Under the pieces are notes generated by a model. That model was not told where the DNA came from. It made no database searches and saw only the letters and a list, made by a program, of their open reading frames with translations. Below, in pieces: positions 9,744-18,458 of a DNA stretch of 64,000 bases. Every line of letters starts with the position of its first letter. Within the stretch, counting starts at the first letter, position 1. The stretch is from Thermoleophilia bacterium (GTDB lineage Bacteria; Actinomycetota; Thermoleophilia; RBG-16-64-13), in the NCBI GenBank assembly GCA_026415615.1, contig JAOAGT010000002.1, positions 448,545 to 512,544 on the forward strand, given 5' to 3'. Both the position numbers and the translations under genes were made by a program.

Positions 9744-11111
9744 TCACTGCCCCGGCCACGGTGGCTTCGGGTAAATGGGTTTAGCTGTCCGCTTTGGCCC
9801 TGGGTCTATTACCTCGATCACCCCGTTTTGCCACTGGCCGATGAAGCCAGCGTAACAATCGCGGGCAAGAAGCTGGTTCTCAAACCAAGTATCTCCCAGC
9901 ACAGTCTGGAAATGCTCAGTCTTTAGGACCTCAGCCACTTTCTTGTTGTCCAAAGTGCCGGCCTTTTCGATAGCTTGCTTCAACATGTCAAGCGCAGCCA
10001 CAAAGTAGGCATAGCCGTAGTAGTTCATGTTGGCTTCGGTTCCGACTCTTTGCAGCAGCTTGTCGTGGAGTTGAGCAAGAGCAGGTGAGCTATGCACGCT
10101 CCAGACTCCATAGCCGCAGACCCCCTCCACCACTTTGTAGCCTTGTTCTGGTCCTTTGTCGCCTCCCATGGCAAACGGGAAAGCGCCAAAGGTTGCTCCG
10201 GGGCCCATTACCAGCATGCGCGGGTTATAGCCCAGTTGCATCATCTGGGCCACCATCGGGAAGTTCTGATCTGGGTAGCAGGGTACGAAGAAGCAGTCAG
10301 GATCAGCCTGCTGCACCTTTCGTAGTATCTGAGTGAAGTCTGCGGTGTTGGCAGGAATTGCCTCGTCATAAAGCAGCTTGATTCCCGCGTTCTTGGCCTC
10401 CTGGCGCATAACCTCGGAGTACTCTAGCCCGTGGAGGTCATCGAGATACACCATAGCTACGCTCTTAACTCCCACTTCCTTGAATATATCGATGAGGGTT
10501 GGGATGTCGTAGTGATTTGAATAGCTGAGCAAGCCAAAGAACATCGGCAAGTCGGGCAGCACCTCTTCAATGCTCTTGGCCCCTGCTTCCCCCGAGATGA
10601 GCAGATAACCGTGGGAGTTCGCCACATTCGCGGCTGCGAAGACAAATGCTGTACTTGCGGGAGAAAGGATGAAGTCCACCTTGTCCTCGACCATAAGCTT
10701 CTCAAGGAGCCGCATGCAGGTGTCCATATCGCTCTGGTCGTCGTAGACTTTCATCTCGATGGGGAGTTTCTTGCCATACTCAGCTACGTAAATGCCGCCT
10801 TCGGCATTGACCTCTTCTACCCACATCTTATAGATGACACCCAAAGCATTTTGCTCGAAGAAGCTTAGTGGTCCAGAGATGGGACGGGCGGCTCCGATGA
10901 CTATCTTGTCTTTTCCGCCCAGAGTGGTGGCAGTAGAAGTTTCTGTACTAGGAGCAGCAGTAGTCGTAGGTCCGGATGTGGTCGAAGGTCCGGCAGTTGT
11001 GCTGGGTGCTGCCGTTGTAGTTGTCTCCTTCTCGCCACAAGCAGCAACCAGCAAGGCGACCGCGGCGAGTATGCATACAACGGCCAGAATTCGTAAGTGT
11101 TTAGATCTCAT
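9744..11111 (-). CDS. ABC-type substrate-binding lipoprotein, LivJ/Peripla_BP_6 family; orphan with no permease or ATPase nearby
   Basis: Lipobox LVAAC, then a Thr/Pro/Ala-rich linker, then a type-I periplasmic binding fold (GxLSFFEQ..., VAMVYLDD...). It is the last gene of the minus-strand operon. Confidence 0.8.
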   Translation of the reverse strand: MRSKHLRILAVVCILAAVALLVAACGEKETTTTAAPSTTAGPSTTSGPTTTAAPSTETSTATTLGGKDKIVIGAARPISGPLSFFEQNALGVIYKMWVEEVNAEGGIYVAEYGKKLPIEMKVYDDQSDMDTCMRLLEKLMVEDKVDFILSPASTAFVFAAANVANSHGYLLISGEAGAKSIEEVLPDLPMFFGLLSYSNHYDIPTLIDIFKEVGVKSVAMVYLDDLHGLEYSEVMRQEAKNAGIKLLYDEAIPANTADFTQILRKVQQADPDCFFVPCYPDQNFPMVAQMMQLGYNPRMLVMGPGATFGAFPFAMGGDKGPEQGYKVVEGVCGYGVWSVHSSPALAQLHDKLLQRVGTEANMNYYGYAYFVAALDMLKQAIEKAGTLDNKKVAEVLKTEHFQTVLGDTWFENQLLARDCYAGFIGQWQNGVIEVIDPGPKRTAKPIYPKPPWPGQ

Positions 11112-11284
11112 TTTTTATTCATCCCCCTCTCTTGCCTGTGCTGTCAGGAACGCACACGTTGCAGAATACAAACGCTAAACCGGATAAGCAATGCCTAGGG
11201 GCTACCGTGACCTGATGAGCAGGTGCTGATCCCCAGCACTGAAAAACCCCGCCCAGGCTTTTCTAAAGGTTAAATGGTGCGACG

Positions 11285-12025
11285 CTAATACTTGTCTGGA
11301 GCCGCACCGGGGGCCACACCGGGAGGAGGCGTCTGTATCGGTCTGCCGGTAACCGGATGAGAGCAGTGAAAAGGCAGAACCTCGTGCTCTGGCCAGCGGA
11401 GCGGCATTTGGTCGGCTAGTTCATCCGGACCATAAGGATCCTCGGGGTATGTGGTAGTGAGCAACGGTACAAAGTTAGGCGGCGCGAAAGCCCATCCATT
11501 CTCAAAAGTGCTAAACCATACCGGCCGATAGTCAAGCTTCTTGATCCGCCAGATGCCGTCGCGCTTGACGTAGACATTTTCATAGAGCGCCCCTTCCCAC
11601 CACTGTCGCGAGATGGTGGTGGGAGAGGGGTTGCGTTCGTAATGAGTGCCCGCCTGCATCAGAAGACGAAACCGGCCCCACGCTGTCTGCCGGTCGGGGG
11701 CGACGTCGATGACGTCCTGCATCATGGGGTGGTCAAGCAAGAAGCCGAACACAGGGCCATTCTTGCCGTTGGTGAACTGCTCGCGAAATCGCCCGCAGTA
11801 GAGACGGCGCGCACCTTCCTTGCCTCGGTAAATACCGCCGAAAAAATGAACTTCGCAATCGTCGTCGTAGCAATCCACGGCCTCGTCGTACATGCATTTG
11901 TCGATGAAGTAGCCGTAGAGATGCTGAAGCCGGCGAATTGCTTGTATGTCCTCAACCACCCCCAGGCGGTATTCGAGTTCTCTTACTCGCTCGCTAAGCT
12001 TCTCAAGCTCTGCAACCGGATCCAT
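11285..12025 (-). CDS. NTF2-like / SnoaL-like fold protein
   Basis: DIQAIRRLQHLYGYFIDKCMYDEAVDCY..., then a beta-rich C-terminus, typical of the NTF2-like superfamily. GGTGGGGGG RBS. Confidence 0.5.
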   Translation of the reverse strand: MDPVAELEKLSERVRELEYRLGVVEDIQAIRRLQHLYGYFIDKCMYDEAVDCYDDDCEVHFFGGIYRGKEGARRLYCGRFREQFTNGKNGPVFGFLLDHPMMQDVIDVAPDRQTAWGRFRLLMQAGTHYERNPSPTTISRQWWEGALYENVYVKRDGIWRIKKLDYRPVWFSTFENGWAFAPPNFVPLLTTTYPEDPYGPDELADQMPLRWPEHEVLPFHCSHPVTGRPIQTPPPGVAPGAAPDKY

Positions 12026-12066
12026 CTCGGCCCCCCCACCATTTGACTAGCTTGCTCCTCGATACT

Positions 12067-13092
12067 TCAGCTTGCTCCCCGGTACTTCTCAACACCCACC
12101 CCAATAGGCTGGGACATCAAAAAGAAAACTTGCTTTCTTATGTCTCTGATGATCAAAGGTCCCTGACTTACGTTTGGGGGGATATAGGCGAAGAAACTCT
12201 TGGTAATCACGTGCTTCTCGCCCCCAATCCAGAGCTCGACCTCAGCGCAAAGGTCCGTGATGTCCTCGTAGTTAAGACCCAGCATAGCCAGGGAGGTGCC
12301 GTGAGGAACGGCGTGCTCGTCCATGATCACCAACTCCGCCCTTGTCTCTTTGGTGGGCAGATACCATCTGGTGTCACAGCCAAACTCAGCATCAGGGATC
12401 ACGGTCTCGTCAATATAAGCAGCAGGACGAACGTATTCGGGGTCAAGGGGACGCATGTATTCTGGGCGCTTCACATCCGGAGGCGTGCCGAATACTACAT
12501 ACCGGGCGTATTTGGACTCGGCAGGGTCCACGTGTCTGGCCACTGGCGGCTCTTTCTGTTCCTCCTCTGCCTGTTTGGTTTTTTCGTCTTTCTCCCGTGT
12601 GTAGACCCCGCCTGGCCCCGAAGTCCAATGCACGGTCGGGCGGGAGAAATGATGGCCGGTCACCCCTCCTGAGAACACTGGCATATGAGGGAGCCCGGCT
12701 GGTACGTAGGCTACCCAACTGCTTGGGAGGGGAATAATTTCGTCACCCATCTGAATGGCTGTGGGGTCGGTTTTGCTCGGGTCGTCTGGATCGGTTCCCC
12801 ACCAAGAAAGCAGTTCGGGAAAGTCATGGACATGCGGAAACATGGTGGGTGTCTGGTAGCCCAGCTTGGCCAGGTCTTCCCAGGTTACCTGATTGGGATA
12901 GTCAGGAGGCCAAATCCAGGTGGTTTCCCCATAGTAGGCGCCAGGGATCACGTCGTGGTCGATCCAGTGGACATGCTCCATGCTAATCCGCTTCCCTTGG
13001 GCAGCCAGTTGACGCCTCTGCTCTGGGGTGGGGCCGGGCAAGAGGTGCTGCTTCTGCAATGTGGTGCAAATGTACTTGTCAAACTGACCCAT
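12067..13092 (-). CDS. bicupin, a metal-binding double cupin protein, function unknown
   Basis: The N-terminal half has cupin motif 1 (HVHDFPELLSWWG) and motif 2 (PAGLPHMP). The C-terminal half has a degenerate second cupin (HAVPHGTS...GEKHV). It is paralogous to 13137-13634 and 33431-33898. Confidence 0.6.
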   Translation of the reverse strand: MGQFDKYICTTLQKQHLLPGPTPEQRRQLAAQGKRISMEHVHWIDHDVIPGAYYGETTWIWPPDYPNQVTWEDLAKLGYQTPTMFPHVHDFPELLSWWGTDPDDPSKTDPTAIQMGDEIIPLPSSWVAYVPAGLPHMPVFSGGVTGHHFSRPTVHWTSGPGGVYTREKDEKTKQAEEEQKEPPVARHVDPAESKYARYVVFGTPPDVKRPEYMRPLDPEYVRPAAYIDETVIPDAEFGCDTRWYLPTKETRAELVIMDEHAVPHGTSLAMLGLNYEDITDLCAEVELWIGGEKHVITKSFFAYIPPNVSQGPLIIRDIRKQVFFLMSQPIGVGVEKYRGAS

Positions 13093-13136
13093 GGCCTTGT
13101 GCCCTCCCTTGACGTGTATCGCGCAGAACGCGCCGC

Positions 13137-13634
13137 CTATGATGTCCCTTTCCCGTAGGGGATTGTTTCAAAATTCATAACCTTGTGGGGATCGAAGTCC
13201 TTGTCTTGCTCAAAATACGGCTCTCTAGTTCCCTCCGGGCCAGCAAGCATGATCTCAACCTGAATTATGGGCTTGTCCACGCGAGTGACTTCTAACGGGC
13301 AGTGGGGAAGGCCAGGTGGGAGATGGACTAGCGTGGGCCGAGTGAATACGTGTTTTTCCATCTCGGGCCCAAAGTGGAGTACTACCTCAGCCTCAAATTC
13401 ATCGGGGTCTTCGGGATTTCCGCTGTACCAGGCCAGGAACTCGTGAAAATTGTGCGTGTGGCAGGGATTATCTCCTCGAAACGGCTTTCGCACAAACTGC
13501 AGGCCCATAGTAAGGGGAAACCCGAGCTGCTGGTGGCCGATCATAAGACCATCGAAGACTACCGTCCCATCTGACTTCATGCTGAGGCGCAAATGGGGCG
13601 GATGATGAATATATTGGTCATACTTTCCGCTCAT
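13137..13634 (-). CDS. cupin domain protein (paralog of bicupin N-terminal half)
   Basis: HTHNFHEFLAWYSG...VHLPPGLPHCP. I moved the start to MSGKYDQ, which is preceded by GGAGA. The track used 13646. Confidence 0.6.
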   Translation of the reverse strand: MSGKYDQYIHHPPHLRLSMKSDGTVVFDGLMIGHQQLGFPLTMGLQFVRKPFRGDNPCHTHNFHEFLAWYSGNPEDPDEFEAEVVLHFGPEMEKHVFTRPTLVHLPPGLPHCPLEVTRVDKPIIQVEIMLAGPEGTREPYFEQDKDFDPHKVMNFETIPYGKGTS

Positions 13635-13649
13635 GCTCGTCTCCATTGG

Positions 13650-14447
13650 TTACATTACCGATCCGCCTGAGACATGGAACACCTGTCCAGTCACATAGCT
13701 TGTAATGTCCGAGGCGAGGATCGCAATAGCATTTGCCATATCCCGCGCAGTGCCAAACCGGCCAAGCGGAAACTCACCCATGATGGCTGCCTGTCTTCTT
13801 TTCATCTCCTCTGGGGAAATGTTGGGGTCGGGCTCTCTTAGAATGGCTCCGAAGTTAGTGGGCACAGGACCGGGTGCCACACAGTTAACCCGAATTCCGT
13901 TTTTTCCTTCTACATACGCCAACTGCTTGGTGAACAAGTCGACGGCGTATTTGGAGATGGCGTACATACCCACCCCCATTTGGTACTGATGCGTGCTTCC
14001 CGAACCCACGTTCACGATGACCCCGTAGCCTCGTTCGCGCATATGAGGGACCACCGCCTGGGTGACGTTCATCGTGCCAATCAGGTTTAACTTAAGCTGC
14101 TTTTCCCAGACTGTAGGATCTTGCTTTTCGATGGGTACGTTGTCCTTGTGCAGGATAGCTCCGGCCACATTGCAGAGGATGTCAATCCGCCCAAATTCTT
14201 CGAGGACTTTCTGGACCATAGCTTTGACGGCCGCATTGTCAGTGATGTCGGCGCTTAGGGCAATACATCTTGGGCCCAAGCTGCGCACGGTTTCTGCGGT
14301 CTTGGCCAGGTTCTCCTCATCAATGTCTGTTACGGCGATGGCCTCGATCCCTTCCTCGGCCAACACCAAGGCCGTCTCTCTCCCTATCCCCACCTGGCTA
14401 GCTGCGCCCGTTACGAGGGCCACTTTGTTCTTGAAACCCAGATCCAT
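13650..14447 (-). CDS. short-chain dehydrogenase/reductase (SDR)
   Basis: ALVTGAASQVGIG is a TGxxxGxG-like motif. NVAGA, the catalytic YxxxK region (YAISKYAV) and PGPVPT are present. Confidence 0.9.
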   Translation of the reverse strand: MDLGFKNKVALVTGAASQVGIGRETALVLAEEGIEAIAVTDIDEENLAKTAETVRSLGPRCIALSADITDNAAVKAMVQKVLEEFGRIDILCNVAGAILHKDNVPIEKQDPTVWEKQLKLNLIGTMNVTQAVVPHMRERGYGVIVNVGSGSTHQYQMGVGMYAISKYAVDLFTKQLAYVEGKNGIRVNCVAPGPVPTNFGAILREPDPNISPEEMKRRQAAIMGEFPLGRFGTARDMANAIAILASDITSYVTGQVFHVSGGSVM

Positions 14448-14472
14448 GTTCGCGACTCCCTGCTTGTAGTGA

Positions 14473-16320
14473 TTATGGCCACAGCACTTGGGCTATGTCA
14501 TCGAGACCCAGCTCAAGCAGTTTGGCCTTGCTCGGCTTGCCCGTCTTCGTATCCCAGTCCATCTCGACCAGGTACTGATCGTAAATCTCCTCGTGCGTGA
14601 AGGTGATGCCGGCTCGTGGGCCCACGGTCTTGGGCGGTACGCCTCTCATCCTATCGGGGTAGAGGAAAGGCGTCTGGACACCCTCTCTAATGTTGAAGGC
14701 CTGCCTGACGTTGGTGATTCTTTCACCGGTCTTAAGCAGCTCGTCTGCGCTGATGTCCTCCCAGCCGGTCAGGGCTCTCAGAGCTTCGAGCAGTTGGTCC
14801 ACATGTGGATATGCTCCAATCACAAACTGGCAAAGCCCCATGGCGCTTGCTGCGTGCATGAAGTTGGTGCTGATCTTGTGGTAAAGGCCACGGCCGGTAC
14901 GTTGCTCGCGTGGTATATCGGGTATATTCAAGCCTGGTGGGTGTTGCCCGCCTCCCTGATTGTGTCTTCCGGGGGTGGGGTCGCAGCCATAACCAATGGC
15001 AAATCCCCAACCGCCACGAGGGTCGTGACCAGCAATCTCTTGACCGCCAATGTGCATGGCATATTTCTCTGCGCCCCGACCAATCTTCTCGGCCGCGCGC
15101 TTTACGCCGTCGGCGATGATGTCGCCAAAGCCCTCACGCTTGGCCATCTTCTCGACCATTGCCACGATAGCCTTGTGATTGCCCCAGGTCATCTCAAGGC
15201 CGTCTGTGTCCGCCTGAGAAAGCACGCCGTTTTCATAACACTCAATGGTGAAGGCGATGCAAGCACCCGCAGAGATGGTGTCTAGGCCATAACGATTGCA
15301 GATGTCGGCGGCCAGGATGATGGAGTCAAGGTTTGAGTTCAGGAGGTTGCTCCCCAGCATAGCAAGCGTCTCGTACTCGGGTTTATGAGCGCCCTCCTCA
15401 TACTTGTATTCGCCTGTTCCGGCTTTCATTAGGCCCCCGCAGGCAATGGGGCAACGCCAGCAGGCAAAGCGGCGCATCTGCTTTTCTAATACCGCTTGCC
15501 CTCCACAAGCTGCGTAGTCGGGAAGATCGACGGTAACCACACCGGCCCAATTCTTGGCTGGAGCGTCGTCGATTATGCAGCACATCTCGAATATGCCGGG
15601 GGTGCCGGTTTCGTGTAGCTGCTCAGCATGGCCGGTAAGGGCGGCCACGTGCTTTTTTCTGAGCTCTTTCATTAACTCGGGGTTGTAGGCCGGCGGGATG
15701 AGATTGCCCTGGGCCACGATAGCCTTTAGACGCTTGGAGCCCATGACCGCGCCGAGACCTGAACGGGCCGCGGCTCGGCCCTTATTGTTGATTACCCCGC
15801 TAATTAGAGCGAGCTTCTCGCTCGCTGGACCGATGCAGGCTACCTCCAGGTTCTTGCCGTGTTTGGCGCGCAAGATATCTTCAGTTTCTACAGTGTCTTT
15901 CCCCCAAATCTCTGCGGCGTCCAGGAGTTGGGCCTCCCCATTGTGAAGGTAAAGGTAGACCGGTTTCTCGGAAATTCCGGTGAAAAAGACGGCGTCGTAA
16001 CCAGCGAACTTAAGCTGCGGGCCAAAGCTCCCTCCCGAGTTGGCGTCCCCCCATCCTCCGGTGAGAGGAGATTTGCCGACTACTGTGTAGCGGGAGCCGC
16101 CGACTACGTCGGTGCCAGTGGTTATGCCGGTCACAAAACCCAACGTGGCGTCGGGGCCTAGGGGATCTACTCCTGGCTTTTGCCGGTCCCAGAGCACTCG
16201 CGCGCCTAGCCCGTATCCGCCCAGGTATTTGCGGGCGGCCTGTTCGTCGAAAGTATCTACGGTTATCTCGTGGGTTGTAAGATCCACCCAGAGGATTTTC
16301 TCCATAGCTCCAAAAGCCAA
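14473..16320 (-). CDS. tungsten-containing aldehyde:ferredoxin oxidoreductase (AOR family)
   Basis: The N-terminal domain aligns by eye to canonical AORs: KYLGGYGLGARVLW, GGSRYTVVGKSPLTGGWGDANSGG and KFAGYDAVFFTG. The length is 615 aa. TTG start 5 nt after AAGGAGGT. Confidence 0.9.
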   Translation of the reverse strand: MAFGAMEKILWVDLTTHEITVDTFDEQAARKYLGGYGLGARVLWDRQKPGVDPLGPDATLGFVTGITTGTDVVGGSRYTVVGKSPLTGGWGDANSGGSFGPQLKFAGYDAVFFTGISEKPVYLYLHNGEAQLLDAAEIWGKDTVETEDILRAKHGKNLEVACIGPASEKLALISGVINNKGRAAARSGLGAVMGSKRLKAIVAQGNLIPPAYNPELMKELRKKHVAALTGHAEQLHETGTPGIFEMCCIIDDAPAKNWAGVVTVDLPDYAACGGQAVLEKQMRRFACWRCPIACGGLMKAGTGEYKYEEGAHKPEYETLAMLGSNLLNSNLDSIILAADICNRYGLDTISAGACIAFTIECYENGVLSQADTDGLEMTWGNHKAIVAMVEKMAKREGFGDIIADGVKRAAEKIGRGAEKYAMHIGGQEIAGHDPRGGWGFAIGYGCDPTPGRHNQGGGQHPPGLNIPDIPREQRTGRGLYHKISTNFMHAASAMGLCQFVIGAYPHVDQLLEALRALTGWEDISADELLKTGERITNVRQAFNIREGVQTPFLYPDRMRGVPPKTVGPRAGITFTHEEIYDQYLVEMDWDTKTGKPSKAKLLELGLDDIAQVLWP

Positions 16321-16398
16321 CGCCTACCTCCTTAGCTCGATGACGCCGTATTTATGACTATGGTCTTTATGACCCACTCAGACATCCGTTTGGCTTAG

Positions 16399-17715
16399 TT
16401 ACTTGCCGGTCACACTGGGAAGCCATGTCGCTAGCCCCGGGATAAGGAACAGGAGCACTACCATCAGCAGCCCGAGGGCAAAGAACGGCATGGAAGAACG
16501 AAACACCTGCCCCAGGGTAGCATGTGGTGGTGCTATAGCCTTCATAGTGTAAACATCCAGTCCAAACGGCGGAGATATCAGACCAAGCTGGATGTTAAGG
16601 AGAGAAACGACCCCGTACCAGATCAGATCGTACCCGAGGGCCTTAGCCAGCGGGAAGAAGATTGGCACCGTGATCATAACGATGCTGGCCGGATCCATGA
16701 ACATGCCGAGGAAGATAAGAATCACTTGAGTAGCGATGATTATGTAGATGGGGGCAATGTTGGCGCCTGTGGCCATATCGATCAGCTTTTGAATGGCCCC
16801 GGTGGTGGCCAGGATGCGGCTGAAGCTAATTGAGCCCACCACAATGAACATAACCATGACGGTGACGCGTACGCAGCTCATGGCGGATTTCGTTACCGTT
16901 TTCCAGCTTAACTGTCGGTAGAAAGCCGCCAGGACAAAGCAGGCTAACACGCCTAGAGCCGCTGCCTCACTCGGGGTGGCCACACCCAGGTATATGCTTC
17001 CGATCACCGCCAGAATGACAATGCCGATTGGGAGGATGTGGAATGTAAACGTGCGAAGCTTGTCTGTGAGGGAGACCTTTTCCACCTCGTAGGTGGGGGC
17101 AAGCGAAGGATCAAGTTTGCAACGTATCATGATGTAGAGGGCAAAGAGAATGGCCAGAAGCACACCGGGGATGATAATGGCCATGAGCAGCTTCCCTACT
17201 GAAATTTGCCCGATGGCTCCCAAAAAGACGGCAAGCGCGCTCGGTGGGATCAGAATGGCTAGGGTCCCGCTGGTGACGATGGGACCGTAAATCATAGCTG
17301 GTTTGTATCCTCGCGCTTCCATTTCGGGTACTAGTACCCGTCCAAGGATGCCAATCGATCCTCCACTGATGCCAATCATCGTCCCCAGAAGGACGCCGGA
17401 CCCTACGGCGAGTAGGCTTAAGCGGCCGGGCACCTTGCCTAGGAGCTTGTCTACCGCGCCCACTATTCGTGCGCCTGCTCCCGAAGAGAAGATGACGTCT
17501 CCCATCAGCACAAAAAGCGGGATGGGTAAAAACGCATAGTTTGCTACCGCGCTGTAAAAGCTCATTGCCAGCTGATCAAGACCCGGCGCCCCGCCCCAAA
17601 ACAGGACAGAACCAATGATGCACGTGAAGGTGAAAGCGAAACATATGGGCATGCCAGTCATCATGATGACAATGAGGCAACCAAACATGATAAGCAGTGA
17701 CGCCAACCATTCCAT
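16399..17715 (-). CDS. TRAP transporter large permease subunit (DctM family)
   Basis: A 438-aa polytopic membrane protein with the DctM pattern. GGAGG RBS. Confidence 0.9.
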   Translation of the reverse strand: MEWLASLLIMFGCLIVIMMTGMPICFAFTFTCIIGSVLFWGGAPGLDQLAMSFYSAVANYAFLPIPLFVLMGDVIFSSGAGARIVGAVDKLLGKVPGRLSLLAVGSGVLLGTMIGISGGSIGILGRVLVPEMEARGYKPAMIYGPIVTSGTLAILIPPSALAVFLGAIGQISVGKLLMAIIIPGVLLAILFALYIMIRCKLDPSLAPTYEVEKVSLTDKLRTFTFHILPIGIVILAVIGSIYLGVATPSEAAALGVLACFVLAAFYRQLSWKTVTKSAMSCVRVTVMVMFIVVGSISFSRILATTGAIQKLIDMATGANIAPIYIIIATQVILIFLGMFMDPASIVMITVPIFFPLAKALGYDLIWYGVVSLLNIQLGLISPPFGLDVYTMKAIAPPHATLGQVFRSSMPFFALGLLMVVLLFLIPGLATWLPSVTGK

Positions 17716-17724
17716 GGCTGCCTC

Positions 17725-18273
17725 CTACTCTGCTTTACCAGCTGGAGGCTGGGTCTCCGCTGGGGTCGGGGGACTGGTCTGCCGGTAGGCTTTAAAGTAG
17801 TTGACCGCGTGCCTTACTGCCTGGATTGTCAGCACCAGAAACGATATGGGAATGATCATCTCGATGGGCCACTTAACCGGATTAAGCACAGTAGCCAAGA
17901 TGAAGTGGTTGAGGTAGTCGTTGATAGTTAGCCGCGCGGTCAGAAAAAGACATAGGAGGCACAGGGCAACTACTACGCATGAAGTGGCGAAGTTAAGCAA
18001 GTTCTGGGCTCTCTTTGAAAGCATTCCAAGAATGGATTCCATCCTTACATGCCCGTGGTCGCGGTAGATGGCGGCTGTGCCAAGAAAGGTAAGCCACACC
18101 ATCGTGTAGGTCAGAAGCTCATACAAAGGTGCCCAGGTGAAGTCGACTGTCTTTCTGATGATTACGTCCTGTGCTATGGCCAAAGTGTCGAGAAGGATCA
18201 AGATGGCCGAGAGCAGCAGGAGAAAGTTAACAAGCTTGTCAAAAGCTCGGCCAGCTTTCTGTAAGAAGCGCAT
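17725..18273 (-). CDS. TRAP transporter small permease subunit (DctQ family)
   Basis: A 182-aa membrane protein with 4 TM segments. It lies between the DctP-like and DctM-like genes. Confidence 0.8.
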   Translation of the reverse strand: MRFLQKAGRAFDKLVNFLLLLSAILILLDTLAIAQDVIIRKTVDFTWAPLYELLTYTMVWLTFLGTAAIYRDHGHVRMESILGMLSKRAQNLLNFATSCVVVALCLLCLFLTARLTINDYLNHFILATVLNPVKWPIEMIIPISFLVLTIQAVRHAVNYFKAYRQTSPPTPAETQPPAGKAE

Positions 18274-18458
18274 GTCACTAACCTCTCACAGGTTGGTTGA
18301 AGTACGCGCAAGCAGAGAAGCAGAGGGCGCGAAGCGGCCCTGGACAGGGCCGCTTCGCGCCCTCACTTGGGTCTTGCCTGGTTCCGCAGGATGGCAAACC
18401 ACCCCGATCCGCCTAGCCTACGACCTGTCTAGCCTATGGCTGGCTAATCCAGGCACCT

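Noticed and set aside
11200-11260. Hammerhead-ribozyme-like core (CUGAUGA...6-bp helix...UGAAA) on the plus strand between the NTF2-like and binding-protein genes
   Set aside because: Stem II would need a bulge. I could build no stem I pairing with the sequence before CUGAUGA. There is no properly placed UH cleavage site or stem III. The resemblance is most likely chance in a GC-rich spacer.
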